DNA of 64,000 bases from Prevotella sp. Lineage in GTDB: Bacteria > Bacteroidota > Bacteroidia > Bacteroidales > Bacteroidaceae. The notes beneath the pieces were generated by a model. That model saw nothing but the letters and a program-made list of their open reading frames with translations, was not told where the DNA came from and did not search any database. The position numbers were made by a program, and so were the translations under genes. Positions 36,885 through 46,776 of the stretch are shown here, in pieces (position 1 is the stretch's first letter; each line of letters starts with the position of its first letter). The stretch is taken from the NCBI GenBank assembly GCA_017412705.1, contig JAFPWS010000013.1:1706-65705 (forward strand). The letters are read 5' to 3'.

Positions 36885-37498
36885 CTTCTTACTGGCCTAA
36901 TGCTGAATCCCTCGCTTCTGATACCATATTCCGAACATTCTATGTACCCCGCTCTATTGAAGAACAAATACCAGACCCTCGAATCGCGATGAGCCTCACT
37001 GACAATTCCAACCGTCCCCGTCCAGTAGCATCCTGTCTTTTCCTGACTGCGGATAGCCGTTCCCTCGCGTTTGCCAGCAATCGGCAGAAAGATGCTCTTG
37101 CCAGATGGCCCGGTAAAGCGAAAACCGTGAACGCCATTCACAATCTCTACCTTTTTCTTGCAATGAGTCAGCAATTCATACATTTCTGTATGAGTAGGGA
37201 GCCGCCAAGGCTTTCCCCATTTATGGCTAACAACATCCATATTCGTACCACAAATCTCCTTTGGTGGTTTGAATCCACCATAGAGTGAATCCGTCAGCCA
37301 GTTCCAGTCAAGGTCATAGACATCTTCGAAGGTCTCTTCTCCCGTAGGGTCAGCCCAACCGTAATAACCTCCGTAGTCTTCGGCTTTCGTTGCACCGAGA
37401 TTACAGTCGGCCCATTTCACGCTTAGTCCTAAATCAATGGCTTCCTGTGCCATCAGCGATAGAGGCAAGAAAGGAAGACACAATAATATCTTCTTCAT
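36881..37498 (-). CDS. Secreted protein with DLGLSVKWA domain
   Basis: IDLGLSVKWADCNLGA, WRLPT..E..EL, GPSGKSIFLP and GFSIRPV. Confidence 0.8.
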   Translation of the reverse strand: MKKILLCLPFLPLSLMAQEAIDLGLSVKWADCNLGATKAEDYGGYYGWADPTGEETFEDVYDLDWNWLTDSLYGGFKPPKEICGTNMDVVSHKWGKPWRLPTHTEMYELLTHCKKKVEIVNGVHGFRFTGPSGKSIFLPIAGKREGTAIRSQEKTGCYWTGTVGIVSEAHRDSRVWYLFFNRAGYIECSEYGIRSEGFSIRPVRR

Positions 37499-38367
37499 TT
37501 GTAATCCAGTTCTATTAAGTCGTAGGGGGCTTCATTCTCGTTAGGTTCCTTTCCAAGCATTACAGCATCGGAATTGACCTTCTTTACATTTGCGAGGCGG
37601 CTCTTCCATTGCTTCCGCAGTTCAGCCAAGCGTTCTGTAGGCTTAAACTCCTTACCGTCAAGTGGCTTGTACTGATAGATTCGCCTCTCATCAGGTTGTT
37701 CAATACCTTTCAGATACCAGCCGTACTCTCCAGTTGCATCCTCGACAGAGACAATTAGACCAGGCAGACCAAAGAACTTGTAAGGACCGTCGTTAACAGG
37801 AATTTCCTCAGAGAACCAAGCCGTATAACTACGCCCCCGCCACTGACAGACCGCTTTCTGGCATTGGAATCCTAAAATCGTTGTTGTATCAGGCATTATC
37901 TCCCAAGGCTGCGGTTCCAATGGTTCTTTGTAGAGGGTACGACCTCCCCAATTGTCAAGTACAGTGATGCTGTCGCTTGGATGGTTCTTATAGATTTCCT
38001 GTGCCGAGCCACCAGGCATGATGGCAATCATTTTCTCAAGCGACGACATCTTACTGTCACCCCTTGCTTTCATGCCCTCCAGCACACGACGTTGATACTC
38101 CTGCTTGGCAGCGGCCGTCGTATAGAACAAGGAGTCACTCTGAAAGTGCTTGTAACTATAAAAGCGTGATAGTGTGTCGCCTATCTCCAACAAGCAGTCA
38201 TCGTGTTCCTTCAAGTGTTCACTGCGGAACATGAAAAACTTTGTGTAATCATAGAGGCATACGATACGTGCGGTGTCAATCACCTGCCAGTGCCAGAATG
38301 TCTCTTGGATTTGGGCTGAAGCCTGACTACTCCAGTGACAAAAGATAAGGAAAAGGAATTGTTTCAT
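37495..38367 (-). CDS. GLPGLI family protein
   Basis: ILGFQCQKA...RGRSYTAWF...IP...GPYKFFGLPGLI. Confidence 0.93.
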   Translation of the reverse strand: MKQFLFLIFCHWSSQASAQIQETFWHWQVIDTARIVCLYDYTKFFMFRSEHLKEHDDCLLEIGDTLSRFYSYKHFQSDSLFYTTAAAKQEYQRRVLEGMKARGDSKMSSLEKMIAIMPGGSAQEIYKNHPSDSITVLDNWGGRTLYKEPLEPQPWEIMPDTTTILGFQCQKAVCQWRGRSYTAWFSEEIPVNDGPYKFFGLPGLIVSVEDATGEYGWYLKGIEQPDERRIYQYKPLDGKEFKPTERLAELRKQWKSRLANVKKVNSDAVMLGKEPNENEAPYDLIELDYK

Positions 38368-38840
38368 TGTTGTTTGGCGATGATGTTAATGGCTTTATCA
38401 AGAATGGGGTCACTCTCAGAGGTGTAGAGCTCCTCGTAGGTAAGCGGTACTTCCACATCGGGCAAGAGGCCGCGCTGGGCAGGGAATCGGTCAGATACAG
38501 AATCATCGAGGACGGACTTAACCAACGGCAGCGTGAACTCAATATGTGAGTTAGGCAGGGAGAGGTGGGCGAACTTCACGGCTGTCATGTAGTGATAGCC
38601 AGTGCCAGTCTCGCGACCGATGGCCTTGGCTCGCCCGCAACGTACCAACTGGGCAGGGAAGTCGGTGGCAGCGGGGGCAGCGATAAACAGGTCACCGAAG
38701 TTGAGTTCTTTATCAATTCTGTCCTGAGGGCGATAGACGATGCCTTCGCCAGTCTTGACACCCTTGACGGGCCATTGCCATTGGGCCGCAACGGGTAGTG
38801 CTGCTAATGAAAGCAGCATTGGCAAATAGTACTTTTTCAT
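38364..38840 (-). pseudogene. Chimeric ORF: M23-like N-terminus joined to an S41-peptidase-like C-terminus
   Basis: Signal peptide plus WQWPVKG...LNFGDLFIAAP, then AATDF...IGRETG...LPNS...RGLLPDVEV...DPILDKA. Neither catalytic core is complete. Confidence 0.6.
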
Positions 38841-38878
38841 ATTCGTTTGTTTTATATCTGAGTTGTCTTTTGGCAGCG

Positions 38879-39661
38879 TTATTTTGAAATTGACTTTGGA
38901 AATGCGGCCTCCTTGATTTTTTCCAGCAGTTCTGCACGTTTCTCCTCGCTCGTGCCGTGGACGGCATAGTGGACGATGCCTTGCTTGTCGACAACGACGG
39001 TGAAGGGGAAGCCCTCGGTGCCAATCCACGACATCATGTCCTTGGCCTCGACGAGGTGCGTCCATGTGAAGTGGTGCTTGTCGGTTATCTTCTTGGCTAA
39101 TTCGGCATCGTGGTAGGTGGCTGAGAAGAACATCACGTCGGGAAACTGCTCCTTCCACGTTGAGAGTTCGGGCATTTCAGCACGGCAGGGGCCGCAGCCG
39201 GAGTACCACAGGTTGAGCACCATCACGTGCCCTTGGACGCTATCATTCGTCCAAATGTGCCCGTCCATATCCTTCTCGCAGAACTGTGGGAACGGCTCGC
39301 CAGCCTTGGGCGAGTAGAATGTGCCGTCGGCTTTCACGTTTGCCTGTGTCAGTTCCTGCATTGTCCGCATCATGTTGACACCATTCAGAAACTGGTCGGC
39401 GTTGTGAACCTGCTCACGCGGGATAGCCAGACGGATGACCGACTTGGGTAAATCGACATTCAGCCCGATGGCTAACAGACGATTTCCCTCCTTGTCCTTC
39501 AGCCCTGAAAACGTCTGCTCTGAATCAGGAAGTTTCGGCATTTCACGAAAGAAATAGCCGTTGATTAGGAACTTGGGGATTACCGTGTCAATACGTTCCT
39601 CTTGGGACGCAACGGGTAGTGCTGCCAAAAATAGCAGCATCAACAATAGATACTTTTTCAT
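38879..39661 (-). CDS. TlpA/ResA-like thiol-disulfide oxidoreductase
   Basis: Signal peptide, LNLWYSGCGPCRAEMP and GFP..VVVDK.G. Confidence 0.9.
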   Translation of the reverse strand: MKKYLLLMLLFLAALPVASQEERIDTVIPKFLINGYFFREMPKLPDSEQTFSGLKDKEGNRLLAIGLNVDLPKSVIRLAIPREQVHNADQFLNGVNMMRTMQELTQANVKADGTFYSPKAGEPFPQFCEKDMDGHIWTNDSVQGHVMVLNLWYSGCGPCRAEMPELSTWKEQFPDVMFFSATYHDAELAKKITDKHHFTWTHLVEAKDMMSWIGTEGFPFTVVVDKQGIVHYAVHGTSEEKRAELLEKIKEAAFPKSISK

Positions 39662-39675
39662 ACTTCGTTATTTAA

Positions 39676-41058
39676 TTATTGATCTGAATTGTCTTTGATA
39701 AGCGTGACTTTTAAGTTCGACATGTCTTCTTGACAAATAAAGGACTCTGTACCGAAACCGACATACATCACTTCAAGCGTAGAGCCTTGGGGAACAGAAA
39801 AGGTAAACTTCCCATCATAATCGGAAACTGTGCCAAGAGTTTGTCCGTGTACCTTTATGACAGCACCGATAATAGGTTCTCCCTGCTCGTCGACGACGGT
39901 GCCCGATACCGAGACTTTCTCTGATGTCGGTGCAGCCTGTTCTGCCTCTGGCAGGTCCTGTACCAAAGCCACATAGTTGTCAGTGTCCTTCAACTGATAA
40001 AGTTCTGTTTCTCCCTGATACGTCCAGACAATTGTGTCGACAGTGCCGGCGGTAATCTTGTATTCGCCGTTCCTGTCGCTGAGGGTGTTGCCCTCCTTTC
40101 CCTTTACACTTACCTGTACGCCGGCTATCGGCTGCCTGTTCTGGTCTTCGGCAGTGCCCTTGATAGTGCGGTGTTTCTGGATGTACCTCGTCTCAACTAC
40201 CGTTCGGGCATTCAGCATCAGGGTACAGCCGATGACGGGCAGCACATAGAGTATTTTCAAGAGCCGCGAAGGACTCGAGTGCCGGCGGGCCATCATCTGG
40301 AAACGGCTCTTCAACGTCTTCTGGCTGATGCCGTTGGCCAGCGTGTATCTGTTAGAAACGTTAGCTCGCTCCATCAGCAGGCTGAGATAGTGGTGGATAT
40401 CAACGTTTCCTGCAAGTACGGCTGCGTCGGCCTCGTACTCATGGACATTGCGCAGTTCGCGTGCCATCAGCCAGATGGCGGGATTGAACCACTGCAGGGC
40501 GACGAAGAACTGCATCATGAGGATATCGACAGAGTGGTAGCCCGCAATATGAGCCCGTTCATGTGCCAGCAGGTCAGGATCATGCGCCTCGAAGTCTGCA
40601 CGAGAGAGAACAATGGTATTCCACCAACTGAAAGGCGCAAGATTCTGCTCGCAGACTGCTATCGTCGTACCGTCAGGCTGCGGATGGCGTTCGCAGTTAT
40701 TAATAAACCTGATGATTCTGCCTATAGACCAAACTGTCCTTGAAAGTATCGTCACCATGCCTGCCAGGCAGATGATGGTGAGGACCGTCACCCACTTGTC
40801 TCCATTACCTTGCACAGGATTGACTGGTGGGTGAGCCTCAGCTATTGCCGAGGGCACTGTCTCCGGCTGTACTGTCACCACCGTTTCATGCAGCGTAATC
40901 TCGCAAAGCGGAAGGACGAATGCGGCCAATACCGACAATAGCAGTACGGCACGGTTCAAGCGATGGAAGGTTTCGTGCTCCATCAGCAGACGGTAGAACA
41001 GATAGAATACTGCCAGCAATACCGCCACCTTGCCATTGTATATCAGGAATTCGCTCAT
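39676..41058 (-). CDS. M56 (BlaR1-like) metallopeptidase with two carboxypeptidase-regulatory-like domains
   Basis: HERAH, WFNP, HEYEAD, and C-terminal VSGTVVDEQGEPIIGA...SDYDGKF domains. Confidence 0.92.
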   Translation of the reverse strand: MSEFLIYNGKVAVLLAVFYLFYRLLMEHETFHRLNRAVLLLSVLAAFVLPLCEITLHETVVTVQPETVPSAIAEAHPPVNPVQGNGDKWVTVLTIICLAGMVTILSRTVWSIGRIIRFINNCERHPQPDGTTIAVCEQNLAPFSWWNTIVLSRADFEAHDPDLLAHERAHIAGYHSVDILMMQFFVALQWFNPAIWLMARELRNVHEYEADAAVLAGNVDIHHYLSLLMERANVSNRYTLANGISQKTLKSRFQMMARRHSSPSRLLKILYVLPVIGCTLMLNARTVVETRYIQKHRTIKGTAEDQNRQPIAGVQVSVKGKEGNTLSDRNGEYKITAGTVDTIVWTYQGETELYQLKDTDNYVALVQDLPEAEQAAPTSEKVSVSGTVVDEQGEPIIGAVIKVHGQTLGTVSDYDGKFTFSVPQGSTLEVMYVGFGTESFICQEDMSNLKVTLIKDNSDQ

Positions 41059-41444
41059 TGGTTCTTTGCTTCAATTGTTTCCATCAACTGCTTCAACTCC
41101 TCCAGTTCCTTTTCGTCGTAGTGCTCCTTTTGCACGAAGAAACTGACAAGCGAGGCAAAGGAACCGCCAAAAAAGGTATCCTTGACATCCGTAATATAAG
41201 AATAGGTATAGTCCTCTTTGCTCACCAAAGGGGAGAAACGATTGGCCTTGCCTACACGCTCCGGTTTGACGAAGCCCTTATCGGTCAGTATCTTCATAAA
41301 CGTGAGAATCGTCGTGTAGGCGGGCTTGGGGTCAGGATATTGGTCGATGATGTCCTGAATAACTCCCTGCTGCTCGGGCAGGCTCCACAGGATATTCATC
41401 ACCTGCGTCTCAGCCTTCGTCAATTGCTTTTTCTTTTCGCTCAT
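41055..41444 (-). CDS. BlaI/MecI/CopY-family repressor
   Basis: LTKAETQVMNILW, PAYTT..T....L..KG and FFGGS..SLVSFF. Confidence 0.95.
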   Translation of the reverse strand: MSEKKKQLTKAETQVMNILWSLPEQQGVIQDIIDQYPDPKPAYTTILTFMKILTDKGFVKPERVGKANRFSPLVSKEDYTYSYITDVKDTFFGGSFASLVSFFVQKEHYDEKELEELKQLMETIEAKNQ

Positions 41445-41605
41445 AATCGTTCGTTATTGAATCTGGGTGCAAAGATAAACTAAATAATTAGTAGTACAAA
41501 GAAACGGTCAACTAAACTTTTAGTATTTAACAATATTTGTCTCTTTCCAAACAGATTCATAGCCGCTCAGCACCCTATGGCATGAATAGTATCCTTGCTG
41601 TAGCG

Positions 41606-41639
41606 AAAAAGAAAATTCCCACGGAGTTACCGTGGGAAT
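41606..41639 (-). terminator. Intrinsic terminator after galK
   Basis: A-rich run, then ATTCCCACGG-N5-CCGTGGGAAT. Confidence 0.75.
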
Positions 41640-41663
41640 GATTTTTGAATGGGAAGCGTGGGC

Positions 41664-42830
41664 TTAGCAGAGCTTGCGGGAACCGTCGCCGATGACGACG
41701 TCGTAGACCTTGGGCTCGTGGCCGTACTTCTCGTTAAAGCGCTTCTTGGCATCGGCTATGAACTGACGATAAAGGTCGTTGCGCACAAGGTTGATGGTGC
41801 AGCCACCAAAGCCGCCACCCATGATGCGTGAGCCTGTGACGCCATTGTCCTTGGCAACCTGATTGAGGAAGTCGAGCTCTTCGCAGCTGACCTCGTAGTC
41901 CTTGGAGAGGCCTTCGTGGGTCTGGTACATCAGCTCGCCAACCTTCTCGTAGTCGCCCTCGTTGAGTGCGTCGCAGACGCCGAGCACACGGTCTTTCTCG
42001 CCGAGCACGAACTTAGCACGCTTGTAGTCTTCCTCGCCAATCTCGGCACGTACCTCGTCGAGCTGTTCCCATGTGCAGTCGCGCAGGGTCTCGAACTTGC
42101 CCTCGGGGTGCTTGGCTGCAATGTGCTTCACGACGTTCTCACAGGAGTTGCGACGGTCGTTGTAGGGCGAGCCTGCCAGCTGGTGCTTGACGACGCTGTC
42201 GAGCAGTACGAGACGATAGCCGTCGGGCTTGAAAGGGAAGTACTCGAACTCACGTGAGCGGCAGTCGAGGCGCATGAGGCAGCCTGCCTTTCCGAAGACA
42301 GAGGCGAACTGGTCCATAATGCCGCAGTTGACTCCGCAGTAGTTGTGCTCAGTGGCCTGTCCGGCAAGTACCATATCCCACTGGCTGACCTTGTTGTCGC
42401 CGAAAATATCGTTGAGTCCGCAGGCGAAGCAGCTCTCCATAGCAGCACTTGAAGACATGCCGGCACCAAGGGGTACGTCGCCGGCAAAGGCGATGTTGAA
42501 GCCCTTGACGGGTACGCCGAGCTTCTTCATCTCGAGGGCGATGCCGTAGATATAGCGTGCCCATGAAGCTTTTGGACCCTTGGGGTCGCTGAGTTTGAAG
42601 TCCACGCGGTCTTTGAGGTCAATGGCATAGGCCATTACGGTATCCTCGGTGCCGTTGGCTCGCATCTCGGCCATCACACCTTTGTCTACTGCTCCGGGGA
42701 ACACGAAACCGCCATTATAGTCGGTGTGTTCGCCAATGAGGTTAATACGGCCTGGTGAGGCATATACATTACCGGTCTTGCCATCAAAGTGCTTGATGAA
42801 GCGGCTTCTTACAAAATCGATTTCCATCAT
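41664..42830 (-). CDS. galK: Galactokinase
   Basis: PGRINLIGEHTDY, PLGAGMSSSA, CGIMDQ and GGGFGGC. Confidence 0.97.
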   Translation of the reverse strand: MMEIDFVRSRFIKHFDGKTGNVYASPGRINLIGEHTDYNGGFVFPGAVDKGVMAEMRANGTEDTVMAYAIDLKDRVDFKLSDPKGPKASWARYIYGIALEMKKLGVPVKGFNIAFAGDVPLGAGMSSSAAMESCFACGLNDIFGDNKVSQWDMVLAGQATEHNYCGVNCGIMDQFASVFGKAGCLMRLDCRSREFEYFPFKPDGYRLVLLDSVVKHQLAGSPYNDRRNSCENVVKHIAAKHPEGKFETLRDCTWEQLDEVRAEIGEEDYKRAKFVLGEKDRVLGVCDALNEGDYEKVGELMYQTHEGLSKDYEVSCEELDFLNQVAKDNGVTGSRIMGGGFGGCTINLVRNDLYRQFIADAKKRFNEKYGHEPKVYDVVIGDGSRKLC

Positions 42831-42908
42831 AATTTTCTGATTCTTGTTAAAATGGTTTATTATCTTGCGGAAGCAAACGGGATTGCTTCTTAGCTCTTCA
42901 CTATTCTC

Positions 42909-44219
42909 TTAATCTACGGGGATGTCCTGATTGACATTCTTGGAGCCGAAGGCTGCATACCAGAACATGTAGGCCATTGCCAGCAGAGGTATGACATAGG
43001 AAATCATGTAGCCCGTACTGTCGGCAATGAAGTTCTGGATGAGTGGCAATACACCGCCACCAACCACCATCATCATGAAGAGACCAGAAGCCTGAGCCGT
43101 GTACTTGCCCAAGCCCTCAGTAGCCAGGTTGAAGATAGAGGCCCACATGATGGAGGTGCATAGTCCGCAGAGCACCAACAGCATAGCGCTGATGGGCACT
43201 TGGGTCATTTCAAAGGTGGAGCCGGTGAAAAGCGGCATAGAGGTCATTATCGTCTTGGGGAGGAACATGGCCAGCAGTATGAGCACCATGCCTACTCCTG
43301 TGGTAGCCATCATCATCTGCTTGGATGACACCTTGTCGGCGATGAACGATGAGCACAGGCGGCCAACCAGCATCAGCAGCCAGTAGGTGCCAGCCACGAA
43401 GCCTCCTATGGCAGCAGCATTGGCCATAAGTCCGGCACCTTTCTCTGTGGTGTCGGCGATATAGAAGTTAAGGGTGCCGGGGATACCGATTTCCACGCCC
43501 ACATAGACAAAGATGGCAATGACGCCGAGCAGACAATGGCGGAACGACCATGCAGAGTGCTCGAACTTGGTTTCTGATGTGACGCGTCCGATCTCGGGAT
43601 CCTTGATAGGTATCAACGCCAGCACGCAGAATGCAGCAGCGAATACCGTCATGGCAATGTATAACACGAGATTGATCTCGACAAAGTCAGTGGTCTTCGT
43701 AACCTCGCCAATCAGGGAGCCCACCAGCATAGGTGTCAGGGTACCTGACAGGGAGTTCAGCGTTCCACCAATGAGGTTCAGCTGATTACCGCGGTTACCG
43801 CCACCGCCTAACAGGTTAAGCATGGGGTTCACTACGGTGTTGAGCATGCATACGGAAAGACCCGAAACGAAGGCACCAATCAGATAGATGATATTGTCGC
43901 TGTAGCCCTCGAGTGCCTCGAAACCAGAGATGAACTGGATGAGCACACCGATGAAACCTACAAGAACACCAATCATGGCAGTCTTCTTGTAGCCGATGCG
44001 AGTCAGCATCTTGCCTGCAGGAATACCCATGAAGAGGTAGGCAAAAAAGTTCATGAAGTTGCCCAGCATGGCCAGTGTGTTTGAACCTCCTACCTCTGGG
44101 TCGTTTTTCATCACTACGCCAATAGGGGCTGCCAGATTGGTAACAAACGCAATCATGGCATACAGAAACATCATCGTGATAATGGCAATGATACTTCCGT
44201 TTTGTTTTTGATTACTCAT
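42909..44219 (-). CDS. MFS sugar permease (GluP/FucP family)
   Basis: Multi-TM protein with YVGVEIG and MMVVGGG motifs, between galM and galK. Confidence 0.9.
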   Translation of the reverse strand: MSNQKQNGSIIAIITMMFLYAMIAFVTNLAAPIGVVMKNDPEVGGSNTLAMLGNFMNFFAYLFMGIPAGKMLTRIGYKKTAMIGVLVGFIGVLIQFISGFEALEGYSDNIIYLIGAFVSGLSVCMLNTVVNPMLNLLGGGGNRGNQLNLIGGTLNSLSGTLTPMLVGSLIGEVTKTTDFVEINLVLYIAMTVFAAAFCVLALIPIKDPEIGRVTSETKFEHSAWSFRHCLLGVIAIFVYVGVEIGIPGTLNFYIADTTEKGAGLMANAAAIGGFVAGTYWLLMLVGRLCSSFIADKVSSKQMMMATTGVGMVLILLAMFLPKTIMTSMPLFTGSTFEMTQVPISAMLLVLCGLCTSIMWASIFNLATEGLGKYTAQASGLFMMMVVGGGVLPLIQNFIADSTGYMISYVIPLLAMAYMFWYAAFGSKNVNQDIPVD

Positions 44220-44259
44220 AGTTTTTATGCTTTTTGTTTCGATATTCGGGGATTTCTCC

Positions 44260-45351
44260 TTACTCTGCTACGCCAAAACGGTAGATGGTCTTCTGCTTAT
44301 ATTGCTGACCTGGATTTAGAATGACCGATGGGAAGTAGGAACGGTTGGGGGTGTCGGGGAAGTGCTGTGTCTCGAGACATACAGCGCTGCGGCGTGGGAA
44401 GGTAGCGCCCTGGACACCCTTGTAGCCTGAGGCGAAGTTGGCTGTGTAGAGCTGCATGCCAGGCTCGGTGGTATAGCACTCGAGGGTACGTCCGCTCTTG
44501 GGGTCGGTGACGCGGGCAGCAAAGCTGAGCTCGCCTTCTTCTCGCTTGTTGAGAACGTAGTTGTGGTCGAAGCCGTGACCGAACTTAATCTGCTCGTGGT
44601 CAGCGTCTATGTCCTTGCCGAAGGCCTTCGGGGTGCGGAAGTCGAACGGTGTGCCAGCCACCTTCAGAATCTCGCCGGTAGGAATGGCGGTCTCGTCTGT
44701 GGGCAGGTAGAAGTCAGCGTTAATCTCGCAAATCTGGTCGTCAATGGTTGGAGTGGGGTCGGCGATACCTGCCAATGAGAAGAAGGCGTGGTGTGTCAGG
44801 TTGACAATGGTCTTCTTGTTGGTGGTTGCCAGGTACTCGATGACCAGTTCGTTCTGGTCGGTGAAGGTGAATTCTACCGTCACGTCCAGCTCGCCAGTAT
44901 AACCTTCCTCGCCATAAGATGAGATGCGGTGCAGAGCCAGACAGCGGGGCCCCATCTGACGGGCGTCCCACACCTTGGAGTTGAAGCCCTTGTTACCGCC
45001 ATGCAGGTGGTTAGGACCGTCGTTGAGTGCCAACTGGTAGTCCTTGCCGTTCAGCGTGAACTGTCCTTTGCAGATGCGGTTACCCCAACGACCGATGAGT
45101 GTAGACAGGTAGGGTTCCTGCCCGCTGGTGAGCTGCTGGATGTTGGCGTGGCCCTGAATGACATTCGCCACGTTGCCGTCTTTGTCGGGAACCATGATGG
45201 CGCAGATTGCTCCACCATAGTTGGAGATAGCCACTTCATAACCCTTACGGTTCTTCAAAATGTAAAGATCCGTCTTCTTACCATTTACTGTTGTCTGGAA
45301 ATCTTTGCGGTTCAGACCGCACAAATTCGCTGTTTCCGTTGTGTTAGCCAT
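44260..45351 (-). CDS. galM: Aldose 1-epimerase (galactose mutarotase)
   Basis: GRWGNRI, NHLHGG, NLTHH, GFDHNY and CLETQHFPD. Confidence 0.95.
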   Translation of the reverse strand: MANTTETANLCGLNRKDFQTTVNGKKTDLYILKNRKGYEVAISNYGGAICAIMVPDKDGNVANVIQGHANIQQLTSGQEPYLSTLIGRWGNRICKGQFTLNGKDYQLALNDGPNHLHGGNKGFNSKVWDARQMGPRCLALHRISSYGEEGYTGELDVTVEFTFTDQNELVIEYLATTNKKTIVNLTHHAFFSLAGIADPTPTIDDQICEINADFYLPTDETAIPTGEILKVAGTPFDFRTPKAFGKDIDADHEQIKFGHGFDHNYVLNKREEGELSFAARVTDPKSGRTLECYTTEPGMQLYTANFASGYKGVQGATFPRRSAVCLETQHFPDTPNRSYFPSVILNPGQQYKQKTIYRFGVAE

Positions 45352-45459
45352 ATACGTTTGTTTTTTAGTTACAGAAATTCTAATTTGCAAAGTAACCGAA
45401 AAAAAACGAGAATGACGAAAGAAACGCTTAAAAAAACGTTTAGGGAATGTTAAAAACAA

Positions 45460-46776
45460 CTAAAAGCACGATTTAAGGAAATCGCCGACAATGTAACTGG
45501 AGCCACCGATGAACACAAAATCGTCTTTTGAGGCGTTCTTCAATGCTGTTGTATATGCCTCATAAACAGAGTAATAGGCATCTCCCCCCAATCCGTAGCT
45601 GGCTGCCAGCGTCTGCAGAGAGGCAGCATTGATGGCTCTGGAGCTGTGAGCCTGTGTAAAATAGTATTTGGCGTCCTTGGGAAGCATCTGCAGGACGGTA
45701 TTGACGTCTTTGTCGTTCACCATACCAAAGATGATGTGCATCTGGTGGCACTCAACCATTGCCAGCTGCTGGCTGAGGTATTGCCAGCCACCGACGTTAT
45801 GACCGGTGTCGCAAACCACCTTGGGGGCTTTTTTCATAGTCTGCCAGCGTCCCAGTAAGCCGGTATGGGTAATGACATTCTTCAGACCTCCTTGAAGCTC
45901 GTAGAGACACTTGTCGGCAGCTGTCTGGTTCTGGCAGCGTGCCAGATAGCCTTGTTCTGCCAGGGTGTTGAGCACGGCCAATACGGTATTCAGGTTCTTG
46001 GCCTGATAGATGCCACCCAGATCACAGTCGAGCTCGCCAAAGAGCTTGGTGTTGTAGTGCATTCCTCCCTCAGGGCGTATCTTGGCACTGATGACCATAG
46101 GATTGTCCTCGGCAAAGACAATAGGAGCTTCCATCTCCTTAGCCTTCTGCTCGAAAACGGGACGCGTCTCGTCGTTGGCCTCGCCAATAACCACCGGTAC
46201 ACCTCTTTTAATAATACCGGCCTTCTCGGCGGCAATCTTGGCCAGGGTGTCGCCCAGGAACTGGGTATGGTCGAAGCTGATGTTGGTAATGACGGAGACG
46301 AGGGGGATAATGATGTTGGTGCAGTCGAGTCGGCCTCCCAGACCTACCTCAATGACTGCAATATCGACTTCCATATCGCGGAAGTACTTGAAGGCCATTG
46401 CTGTGGTAACCTCGAAGAAGGATGGGTGCAGGGGCTCAAAGAAGTTGCGCTCCTTGTCGACAAACTCTACGACGTAGTCTTCGCTGAGGGGTTTCCCGTT
46501 GATACGGATGCGCTCACGGAAATCGACCAGATGGGGTGAAGTATAGAGACCGACCCTGTAGCCACACTCCTGCAGGATGGAGGCCAGCATGTGCGACACG
46601 CTGCCCTTGCCGTTGGTGCCTGCCACGTGAATGGTGGCGAACGAGCGGTGGGGGTGTCCGAAGTGCTCGTCCAACGCCAGTGTGTTGCTCAGCCCTTTTT
46701 TGTAGCCAGAAGTACCTTGTCGCTCGAACATGGGTATCTGGTTGTACAGGTATTCGCAGGTCTCTTGGTACGTCAT
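45460..46776 (-). CDS. folC: Folylpolyglutamate synthase/dihydrofolate synthase
   Basis: HVAGTNGKGS, TSPHL, EVGLGGRLD and D.GHN. Confidence 0.96.
   Translation of the reverse strand: MTYQETCEYLYNQIPMFERQGTSGYKKGLSNTLALDEHFGHPHRSFATIHVAGTNGKGSVSHMLASILQECGYRVGLYTSPHLVDFRERIRINGKPLSEDYVVEFVDKERNFFEPLHPSFFEVTTAMAFKYFRDMEVDIAVIEVGLGGRLDCTNIIIPLVSVITNISFDHTQFLGDTLAKIAAEKAGIIKRGVPVVIGEANDETRPVFEQKAKEMEAPIVFAEDNPMVISAKIRPEGGMHYNTKLFGELDCDLGGIYQAKNLNTVLAVLNTLAEQGYLARCQNQTAADKCLYELQGGLKNVITHTGLLGRWQTMKKAPKVVCDTGHNVGGWQYLSQQLAMVECHQMHIIFGMVNDKDVNTVLQMLPKDAKYYFTQAHSSRAINAASLQTLAASYGLGGDAYYSVYEAYTTALKNASKDDFVFIGGSSYIVGDFLKSCF

Noticed and set aside
38841-39158. Long N-terminal extension of ORF 38364-39158
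   Set aside because: Overlaps the TlpA gene out of frame. The signal-peptide start at 38840 is far more plausible.
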